This document shows, in pieces, positions 1-8,931 of a DNA stretch of 42,438 nt. A program made the position numbers and the translations under genes. Positions within the stretch are counted from its first letter, which is position 1, and each line of letters begins with the position of its first letter. Source of the DNA: Thraustochytrium aureum. Its lineage: Eukaryota. The notes beneath the pieces are model-generated. The model was not told the DNA's origin, ran no database searches, and was given only the letters and a program-made list of their open reading frames with translations. The stretch lies in assembly GCA_012862495.1 (NCBI GenBank), contig BLSG01000047.1, forward strand, positions 1 through 42,438. Direction: 5' to 3'.

Positions 1-562
1 CCGAGGCGTGGGCCGTGCGCGCGTGACTAGCGGTTGGAGCAGCGTGGCGTCGGCGACGGAGCAAGCTACTCGTCGTGATGGAAAGGAACTGGGTCGCTCT
101 CTTTTGCGCCGGTGGCGACGCGTCGGCGTGGCGTGCCATCGCAGCGACTCGGAAATGACACAGGCCGCCTTTGGCCTGGCTCCGACCCCTGCAAACTAGA
201 TCATGTATGCGCCTTGTCAGCTCGCCATAAATAGATTGCGTTTGGGACCTCGAAGACGATCAAGTAATGACCCACTTCAAAAGCCTTGCCGCGGGGACGG
301 CGGCTCCTGGCGGCCGAGCAACTGGCCATTCCATTTGCTCAACATCACCGCCAACAGTGCACAACTTCTTCCAGTTGTCCTCACTTCGCGCCTCGCGAGC
401 AGCACAACAACGGACGACCCATTGGCAGGCGCCACAGCACCCGCCAGCGCAGACCGTGTCGCCGAGTCCCCGAGTCCCCGAGTCCTCGTCCAGTTGTTGT
501 CGGTCGCGGCACCATCAAGCAAAAAAGGGTCCCCAAAAAGGTCCCTAAAAAATCAAAAGAAG

Positions 563-635
563 AACGCCCAGCGGGATTTGAACCCACGACCCCCTGATTC
601 GTAGTCAGATGCGCTGTCCGCTGCGCCATGGGCGC
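563..635 (-). tRNA. trnR-ACG: tRNA-Arg(ACG), copy 1
   Basis: Minus strand folds as GCGCCCA TG GCGC AGCGGACA GCGC A TCTGA CT-ACG-AA TCAGG GGGTC GTGGG TTCAAAT CCCGC TGGGCGT T (73 nt). Anticodon at 600-602, A20 present, no encoded CCA, followed by T-runs (Pol III terminator). Confidence 0.97.
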
Positions 636-778
636 CAAGGAGGTGATCACTTCACCACTTGGATGTCTGCCAGATCGACCTTGACGGTCATCAAGGTGCA
701 GCGGGAGCCAAGCACCAGCGAAACCAGAACAGAAGAGGTCAGAATGCAGACCCCGAGCGCGCGCGTGGACTCGGCGCG

Positions 779-2048
779 ATGGAGATGGAGCAGGCGGAGG
801 TCGTCGCGGCTGCCGGGTCCGGGGAGCGCAGCGTCATTGCGAAGCGCGACATGGCCGCTGGCGCTGTGGCGGCGCGGTGCCGCGGCGCTGTGCTTCCGGC
901 GGTTTTGGCCGAGTTTCGCGGACGCAAGTGCGACTTTTGCTTTCGGAGAATGCCCCCGCGAGCGGCGGCTGCGGAGACGACCACCGGAGGGCGCTGCTCG
1001 AGGTGCAAGATGGCGTGGTACTGCTGCAGAGAGCGTGAGTGGCGAGGTTTGCGGGCTGGCGGTCTGCCGTTGAGGCTGACTCGCGCGTTTGCGCCGGGTG
1101 AGCGAAGACCAAGCGCAGCACTTTGCTCTCGCGCACAAGGCCGAGTGCCGCCGGTTGCCGCTGCTCGAAAGGGACTGCGGCGAGCGCTTCACAGACGCCG
1201 TCTTGCTCGGGCGCGTATTGCGGGACGGGGGAGACGCGCTGGCGGCAGCCGAGTCCATGGCGCTCAACCCCTTGGTCGCGGCGCGCAACCGCAGGGCGGA
1301 CCGCGAGCTGGCGCGCAAGGTTCTGAGGATGTACCCCGCCGAGGTGACGGAGGAGCGGGCAGCAGACCTCCTTGCGCGCTTCAAGAACAACAATTTCGGC
1401 ATCGTGGACGAGCTCTACGTGGTCGTGGCCGCAGGCGTGTTCCCCTCGGGCGCGCTGCTCAACCACTCGTGCGCGGCGAATTGCCTGATCACCTACGCCT
1501 TCAACGAGGCCACGCAGCGGGTCGAGCAGGTGGTCCGGGTCATGGCGCGCGAGGTGCGCTCCGGGCAAGAGCTGTGCCACTCGTACTGCGACTCGGCTTG
1601 GCCCACCGCCAAGCGCAAGGCCTACCTGCAGGAGCACTACGGCTTTGAGTGCAAGTGCGACTTTTGCGAAGGGCGCGACGAGCGGCGAGCTGCCCTTGAG
1701 CCCAGCCTGGCCAGCCTGGCCAACGCGACGCCGTCAGCTGTGCAGGCGTTCCTGGGCCGCCTCGCTGACGGGCTGACGGGCCCGGTGGACGTGCGGCTCC
1801 TTACAGTCGCCGGGGACGCGTTGACCTACTTGCTGGAGGGAACTTGCGCCTCGCCGGCGCTGCGTCGCGGGCGCTCGTGGAGATCTACGAGCGCGTCTAC
1901 CCGGCGGGCCACCCTATGATCGGCCTGCAGCTGCACACGCTCGGCGACCTGATTGAGCGCACTGGGTCGGCGGCGGAGGCACGGCCGGTCTTGGAGCGGG
2001 CGGCGGAGGCGCTGGCGATTTCGCACGGCCGGGACAGCGAGATGTGTC
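779..2048 (+). CDS. SMYD-family SET/MYND lysine methyltransferase (intron 1035-1107; frameshift ~1840; 3' end runs into gap)
   Basis: MYND CDFC...CSRCKMAWYCCRE|HQAQHFALAHKAEC is joined in frame by splicing. SET motifs NNFGI, GVFPSGALLNHSCAANC, GQELCHSY; post-SET YGFECKCDFC; C-terminal YERVYPAGHPMIGLQL in a shifted frame. Confidence 0.93.
1035..1107 (+). other. 73-nt spliceosomal intron in the SMYD gene
   Basis: Donor GTGAGT at 1035, branch-like GCTGAC at 1075-1080, acceptor AAG ending 1107. Removal gives C|AC (His) and restores YCCREHQ..H...H..EC. Confidence 0.9.
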
Positions 2049-2778
2049 NNNNNNNNNNNNNNNNNNNNNNNNNNNNNNNNNNNNNNNNNNNNNNNNNNNN
2101 NNNNNNNNNNNNNNNNNNNNNNNNNNNNNNNNNNNNNNNNNNNNNNNNNNNNNNNNNNNNNNNNNNNNNNNNNNNNNNNNNNNNNNNNNNNNNNNNNNNN
2201 NNNNNNNNNNNNNNNNNNNNNNNNNNNNNNNNNNNNNNNNNNNNNNNNNNNNNNNNNNNNNNNNNNNNNNNNNNNNNNNNNNNNNNNNNNNNNNNNNNNN
2301 NNNNNNNNNNNNNNNNNNNNNNNNNNNNNNNNNNNNNNNNNNNNNNNNNNNNNNNNNNNNNNNNNNNNNNNNNNNNNNNNNNNNNNNNNNNNNNNNNNNN
2401 NNNNNNNNNNNNNNNNNNNNNNNNNNNNNNNNNNNNNNNNNNNNNNNNNNNNNNNNNNNNNNNNNNNNNNNNNNNNNNNNNNNNNNNNNNNNNNNNNNNN
2501 NNNNNNNNNNNNNNNNNNNNNNNNNNNNNNNNNNNNNNNNNNNNNNNNNNNNNNNNNNNNNNNNNNNNNNNNNNNNNNNNNNNNNNNNNNNNNNNNNNNN
2601 NNNNNNNNNNNNNNNNNNNNNNNNNNNNNNNNNNNNNNNNNNNNNNNNNNNNNNNNNNNNNNNNNNNNNNNNNNNNNNNNNNNNNNNNNNNNNNNNNNNN
2701 NNNNNNNNNNNNNNNNNNNNNNNNNNNNNNNNNNNNNNNNNNNNNNNNNNNNNNNNNNNNNNNNNNNNNNNNNNNNNN

Positions 2779-3109
2779 GGGACTCGGCTGACTTGTTTGG
2801 CCGCCAGCGACGGGACCTTGCTGCGCGCGAGGGTGGCTGAAGAGCCCCCAGCCCAGCCTCACAGGAACCGGGCTGACACCCAAAAGCCTAGAGATGGCGA
2901 AGAGCCTGACGAATCATGGCCTTGCGATGTCGACACGAAAGGTCCGGGGCAAACTTGATGACTTTGATGAGATCGATGGCGACAGCCAACCTCTAGAGGT
3001 ATCCACGGCTGCCGAGGCGAGCAGGCGTAGACGTGCCTGGTTGCTCGTGGAGGGCCACGCTTGCTACGTTCGCGACGAGAACGCCCTGGCCGGTTTTCTT
3101 CGAGTCTGA
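2779..3109 (+). CDS. C-terminal fragment of a hypothetical protein (5' part in gap; probable frameshift 2946-2949)
   Basis: Frame is open from the gap edge (GTRLTCLAASDGTLL...). Removing one G from a GGGG run continues it into KLDDFDEIDG...AWLLVEGHACYVRDENALAGFLRV*. No family recognised. Confidence 0.4.
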
Positions 3110-3196
3110 GCTGGTTTTTTGCAGAGATGATGGGCGCTCCGCAGCTCACGTCGCACGGTCGCTGCGAGCTGCGCGTCCTGCTCGTCGTGTTTGGCC

Positions 3197-3243
3197 GCGA
3201 CTGCACGGACGCGACTGCACGGACGCGAATGCACGGACGCGAC
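3197..3243. repeat. 14-bp tandem repeat (GCGACTGCACGGAC) x3.3
   Basis: Units at 3197, 3211 and 3225 (one mismatch), partial unit at 3239. Confidence 0.9.
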
Positions 3244-3377
3244 GGCCGCGGCGGGCAGTGCAAGGCACCAAAACCCGACCTCCTTGGCGACCTTGCGGTC
3301 CGCAAGTCACAGCAACATCCGCACCAGCCTGTGTGGAATTTTGCGAGACTGTGCCGCAGCTGGACGCGACCCCTGCT

Positions 3378-3446
3378 CGGGCCGAGTCGGGCGGGCCGAG
3401 TCGGGCGGGCCGAGTCGGGCGGGCCGAGTCGGGCGGGCCGAGTGGG
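3378..3446. repeat. 14-bp tandem repeat (CGGGCCGAGTCGGG) x~5
   Basis: Four perfect units 3378-3433 plus one unit with a 1-nt deletion. Confidence 0.93.
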
Positions 3447-3519
3447 CCTGTTCTGCCCTTTGATCACCGACGAACGGGACAAGCGTTCTTCTGAGGTGAA
3501 GATTTATTTGCAAAAAGAG

Positions 3520-3592
3520 AACGCCCAGCGGGATTTGAACCCACGACCCCCTGATTCGTAGTCAGATGCGCTGTCCGCTGCGCCATGGGCGC
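3520..3592 (-). tRNA. trnR-ACG: tRNA-Arg(ACG), copy 2
   Basis: Identical to copy 1 over 73 nt; followed by CTCTTTTT on the minus strand. Confidence 0.97.
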
Positions 3593-4346
3593 CAAATGGA
3601 GAACTTCTTCGCCATTTGGTTGTGAGAGAGTTTGGATAGAAAATTTAAGTGGTTAAAACGGCGTCAGAACAGAACAGAAACAGGTCGCGCGGTGGGACGT
3701 CCGAGATGTGCGAGCCTCGTGGGCGCGATCCGACTCAAAGCTAGATCGATGCCTGGGCAGGTTCAGGTTCGTGTGAGAATTCGGATCCGGAAACGCGATC
3801 AAGCGCCCGGCTGAAATGAGGTTGCGAAGAACCCAAACCTGCGGACGAGCTTCTTCACGAGCTGTCTCGTGGCTTCTCGCCGTGAAGGAAAGGTTGCCCC
3901 CGCCCTCGATACCGGTACAGCTTGCTTGCATCAATGTACTCCATGTGGTTGGGTGCTGCTACGTTACGCTAAAAGACGAGAAGCGCGACCTCCAATGAAG
4001 GCACCTTCAAAACAAAGACAGAAACGGCGCTGCCGAACCTGTGATTAGTTCAAGGTCAGACCAACAGCGACGTCTCACCGCACCACGGAGGCCGCTCGCT
4101 GGAGAGGACGCATGAGGACCTGAAGCCAAATGCGAATCAAAACTTGACGGTTCATGCGTTGGCACGAGTGTGAAGGACGTGCAAACGGGGCGTTGCCGGT
4201 CGGGGTGGCGAGGGTCCGCACCTGCTTCACGAGCGATGCGACCGGTGAGCTGGCTCGGGCGCTATCGATGCTCTCGCGACAAGCACGCTCGGTTGTGGAT
4301 GAGTGGGATGGGACAAGAAGAAAAAAAAAGAGCAAAGAAAAAGAAG

Positions 4347-4419
4347 AACGCCCAGCGGGATTTGAACCCACGACCCCCTGATTCGTAGTCAGATGCGCTG
4401 TCCGCTGCGCCATGGGCGC
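4347..4419 (-). tRNA. trnR-ACG: tRNA-Arg(ACG), copy 3
   Basis: Identical to copies 1 and 2; followed by long T-runs on the minus strand. Confidence 0.97.
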
Positions 4420-4534
4420 CAAGTAGTGATGAGTTCACCACTTGGATGTTAGACGGAGGAAGGCTGATATACAAATTGTTTGGAGGGACGCCAGTCTTTG
4501 GTTTTGGTCAAATCACGCTCTTGCGAACGCCGAG

Positions 4535-4593
<59 letters not shown>
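4535..4593. repeat. (CAAT)n microsatellite, ~14 units
   Basis: Direct reading; shorter CAAT/CAAC runs also occur at ~4707-4757. Confidence 0.95.
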
Positions 4594-4810
4594 GCTGCCT
4601 TCGTGGCGCAGCGGGACGTCCCTGTTGGTGCTTTCACTTTGCTTTTGAGGTCGCACCTCCCGTCTTCTGGCGTCGCGTAGAGTAACAACCCACCCAAATG
4701 GCGTACATCAATCAATGAATCAATCAACGCAAACGCCAAGCAATCAACCAACCAACCAGCGACGGTTTGTGCGACTCCAATGAATCTCATCATGAATCTT
4801 TACTACTTTG

Positions 4811-5236
4811 TTATGGCGACGTGGAGGCCTGCTGCGAGGGCTCAGGACGCGCCTCCCGCGCTCGGCGCGTGAAGCGCACACGGCAGTTGGTTTCATACGG
4901 CCAGCCCTTTGGGCGCACCGAGGCCACGACGCGCTCCCAGTCCGGCTCGGGCATCGGGTCCACGAGCTCTGCGTCAAAGTCGCGGAAAAAGAGCGCGACG
5001 AGGAGCGGAATCTCGCCCTGCGCAAGAAACTTGCCCGAGCAAGAGTACTTGCCGAGCGCAAAGGGCCACCAGTCCTTGAGGGAGTGCGACTCCTCGCCGA
5101 GCCAGCGCTCGGGGCGAAACACGTGCGGGTCCTTGTAGACCTCAGGGTCGTAGTGGCGCGTGTAGCTGGCTACGCTGAGCATGTCCCGCTTGGGGATCCT
5201 GAGCCAGGTCCCGTCGCTGCGGCGGACAGGGATGTC
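4811..5236 (-). CDS. Cytochrome P450, C-terminal part (CYP7/CYP39-like; 5' part in gap)
   Basis: HYDPEVYKDPHVFRPERW (PERF motif) and heme signature PFALGKYSCSG (FxxGxxxCxG); stop at 4811-4813. Confidence 0.92.
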   Translation of the reverse strand, partial: DIPVRRSDGTWLRIPKRDMLSVASYTRHYDPEVYKDPHVFRPERWLGEESHSLKDWWPFALGKYSCSGKFLAQGEIPLLVALFFRDFDAELVDPMPEPDWERVVASVRPKGWPYETNCRVRFTRRAREARPEPSQQASTSP

Positions 5237-6915
5237 NNNNNNNNNNNNNNNNNNNNNNNNNNNNNNNNNNNNNNNNNNNNNNNNNNNNNNNNNNNNNNNN
5301 NNNNNNNNNNNNNNNNNNNNNNNNNNNNNNNNNNNNNNNNNNNNNNNNNNNNNNNNNNNNNNNNNNNNNNNNNNNNNNNNNNNNNNNNNNNNNNNNNNNN
5401 NNNNNNNNNNNNNNNNNNNNNNNNNNNNNNNNNNNNNNNNNNNNNNNNNNNNNNNNNNNNNNNNNNNNNNNNNNNNNNNNNNNNNNNNNNNNNNNNNNNN
5501 NNNNNNNNNNNNNNNNNNNNNNNNNNNNNNNNNNNNNNNNNNNNNNNNNNNNNNNNNNNNNNNNNNNNNNNNNNNNNNNNNNNNNNNNNNNNNNNNNNNN
5601 NNNNNNNNNNNNNNNNNNNNNNNNNNNNNNNNNNNNNNNNNNNNNNNNNNNNNNNNNNNNNNNNNNNNNNNNNNNNNNNNNNNNNNNNNNNNNNNNNNNN
5701 NNNNNNNNNNNNNNNNNNNNNNNNNNNNNNNNNNNNNNNNNNNNNNNNNNNNNNNNNNNNNNNNNNNNNNNNNNNNNNNNNNNNNNNNNNNNNNNNNNNN
5801 NNNNNNNNNNNNNNNNNNNNNNNNNNNNNNNNNNNNNNNNNNNNNNNNNNNNNNNNNNNNNNNNNNNNNNNNNNNNNNNNNNNNNNNNNNNNNNNNNNNN
5901 NNNNNNNNNNNNNNNNNNNNNNNNNNNNNNNNNNNNNNNNNNNNNNNNNNNNNNNNNNNNNNNNNNNNNNNNNNNNNNNNNNNNNNNNNNNNNNNNNNNN
6001 NNNNNNNNNNNNNNNNNNNNNNNNNNNNNNNNNNNNNNNNNNNNNNNNNNNNNNNNNNNNNNNNNNNNNCTCCGCCTCGCACACTGGCGGGAGGGGAAGC
6101 GTGCTTACATCCGGCAGTCCCCTTCGTTGGCCACGCACAGATTCGTGGTGAGCTGGCCTTGGATCACTCGGACCCTGCGCGCCGCCGGGCACCGGTCCAT
6201 TCTTGTTTCGTCACTCTGACACGATCGGTCGCTCGCTCTTGCGCGTCCAACGTTTTGCGCGCCTGCAGCGACTTCACAATCGTTGGGGGTCTGCTACCAA
6301 CTGCAAAGCTCTTCTTTGCCAGTGCTCATGGCTCGGAAGGATGCTGGTCCGATGTTTTTCTTTCTTTCCAGGGACATGTCCGGCCTCGCTCGCCATGCCT
6401 TCCGACAGACTGGACAAGCACGGCACGACGGCTCGAGTACCATAGCAGCTCGACTTGAAGAAGCGCACGAGCATGCACGACGAGAGGCAGCCGCATCAGC
6501 ACCAGCACGCCTTCGACAACGACCGCCACCTCGACCGGCAACATCAACCGCAACGATAGGACAAACGATACAACTCTTGACTATAGACTCTCAATACCCC
6601 AATTCAATACTGCATATCCACTCAACAGCTTGGCGCACTATATAGTCTTGACCGTCACGATGGTGCGAACTTCTTTCCTTTTTCCACGATACATTACTTG
6701 ACATTCAATTATGTTTTCTCGCTCACCTTGTCCACGCATCACAGTCTTGAACAAACACATATTCAATATATAAACACACAAAATGCAAGGTAAGTATCTT
6801 GAATTACAGTATCAGGGCGTTAGATGGGGGAAAACCGCCAGACAGTAGTAAAAACAGGTTTTTGGGATGCAACAGGCCGCGATCGCGAGCGGACTTTGGC
6901 ACGCAGGCGGCCGTA

Positions 6916-7195
6916 GAGCGGCAGGATCTGCGCGTGGCTTGCATTCGTGGCGCTGCGGCTGGCGCGTCCTCGTCCTGGCGGCGATTCTGGCCAAGTTCTG
7001 GAGGGCTTTGACGCGGATTTGCGTCGATTTTTGATTTTCTTCGTGCGGTGGACGTGTTGGACGTCGGCTTCGGCGACTGGCGCAAGGCCCTGGAGCGGCA
7101 GGGTCTGCGCGCGTGAATTGCACACGTGGCGCTGCGGCTGGCGAGTCTTCGTCGTGGCGGCGACTCTGGTGGAGTTTCTGGCGGGATTCGGCGCG
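6916..7195. repeat. Diverged direct duplication, period ~177-179 bp
   Basis: GAGCGGCAGG(A/G)TCTGCGCG at 6916 and 7093; GTGGCGCTGCGGCTGGCG at 6947 and 7126; TGGCGGCGA(T/C)TCTGG in both copies. Confidence 0.85.
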
Positions 7196-7236
7196 CGTCC
7201 GACGCGGCTGTTTGTTGCTGGCTCGGCGAGGTCATC

Positions 7237-8728
7237 ATGCAAAAATCGATGGCGGATAGACGCAAGCAGCTCGAGGAATGGAGGCGCAAAAGGGAGGCAA
7301 GGGCTAGTGAGCCTGGCAAGAAGAGGCCCCACGCGACCGCTTGCAGCGGATCGGGCGAGGAGGAGAACGACCCAAAGCGACGCAACGTGGAACAACCCCC
7401 GCTCACACCCAACAAGCTCGTGTTCCCGAGCAAGAACGACGACGGCAAATCATCGCCTAAGGAGCAAGCCCAAAGCCAGAGCCAGGCCAACGCCTCGACG
7501 CCACCAGAAACCAAAGTACAGCAAGTGCGCGCCAAACTTCAGCAGAGCGCGAGGAAGCGCAAGGAGCAGCTCGAGGAGCGGCGGCACGTGAGGGACCGCC
7601 AAGCGTCAGCCCAAGAGCAGGAACATGCCAAACAGGAACAAGCGCGCGCCACGCCGCTCCGCCAAGAGACCTCCCTAGTCAAGCGCCACAACCTGGAGCA
7701 GCTTGTCGACGCGCAGCTCGCTCTCGCAGACGACATGATCAAGTGCGGCAAGCTCGACCAGGCGCGCGAGTTCCTTGACGAGCTACGGCGCGAAGTCTCT
7801 GACGCCCTCCTGGTCGCCTCATTTTGGCTCAAGCTCGTCGAGCTGGAGATGCGCCTCGGCAACGTGCGCCGCGCCTGCAGCGTATACGTTCACGCGCTAA
7901 AGCACTGCTCCGACAAGTCGCTGCTCGCCTCGTGCAGCGACTTCCTGTCGTCGGAGATCCTCAAAATATGCGGCGGCCAGGACCTCAGCCTCGACCAGCT
8001 TCTCGACAAGCGGTTCACCCTGGCCGCCGCCCCGGCGGTCCACGCAAAGGCCAGCATCGAGGAGCCGACACAGGCTGCTCAAACCAACGACGCCGCTGCA
8101 GCGAAAGAGGCAGCGCTGCGACCGTCGACGCCAGAGCAGGTCTTTGAGGAGGACGACGACCTCNNNNNNNNNNNNNNNNNNNNNNNNNNNNNNNNNNNNN
8201 NNNNNNNNNNNNNNNNNNNNNNNNNNNNNNNNNNNNNNNNNNNNNNNNNNNNNNNNNNNNNNNNNNNNNNNNNNNNNNNNNNNNNNNNNNNNNNNNNNNN
8301 NNNNNNNNNNNNNNNNNNNNNNNNNNNNNNNNNNNNNNNNNNNNNNNNNNNNNNNNNNNNNNNNNAAACCGGTAGAACCGCCTTGCTCCGCGACTCGAGG
8401 CCGGGCACAGCGTGTCCCCGTGCCGATCAACTCGGCTGCCAAGCCGCCTGTCCCGACTCCGGCGACCCGCCGCGCCCTCCGCTCGACGGCCAAGGTCGGC
8501 TCGTTCGTGGACGTGGCCGCAGTCAAGACGAACAAGTCGGCGTCTAAAACCCTTGGGAGCGCAGTGAGTTTGACCCCAGTGCGGCGATCTGGCCGCCTCG
8601 CGCAAAAGGACACGACCCCGCGCCAAGACCCGCTGGACATGCTGCGCGGCACCGAGTTCACCTACACGCCGAATCCGCTCCTCCTCGGGCAAGCTGCAGA
8701 CGACCAGCAGGAGGACGCGCTTGTGTGA
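7237..8728 (+). CDS. CKAP2/TMAP-family-like microtubule-associated protein (internal gap 8164-8365)
   Basis: N-terminal DRRKQLEEWRRKR; helical block LDELRREVSDALLVASFWLKLVELE..VRRACSVYVHAL; C-terminal LTPVRRSGRL and FTYTPNPLL. These match recalled CKAP2_C motifs in order. Start is 7237 or 7249. Confidence 0.7.
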
Positions 8729-8931
8729 GCTCAACTACGATGGGCGGCGCACTGGGTGCGGGGCTGCCTCGGCATCGGCAGAGAGTAAAGAGTAGAGTAC
8801 ATACAATCAAGGCCGGCATTCGATTCTCCCCCATGTTGGGTTTTTTGGTAGGTCCTTTAGAAAGAATGAGGGGGCTCGCTGCTCGATGCAAGTGGCTGGC
8901 TACTGTGGCAGGTTCCATTTATTGAAGAGAG

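Noticed and set aside
3197..3446. CRISPR-like array
   Set aside because: Head-to-tail 14-mers with no unique spacers, no cas genes, eukaryotic context.
563..4419. tRNA-derived SINE or tRNA-flanked mobile element
   Set aside because: Copies are full canonical tRNAs with own terminators; no shared 3' body, target-site duplications or transposase.
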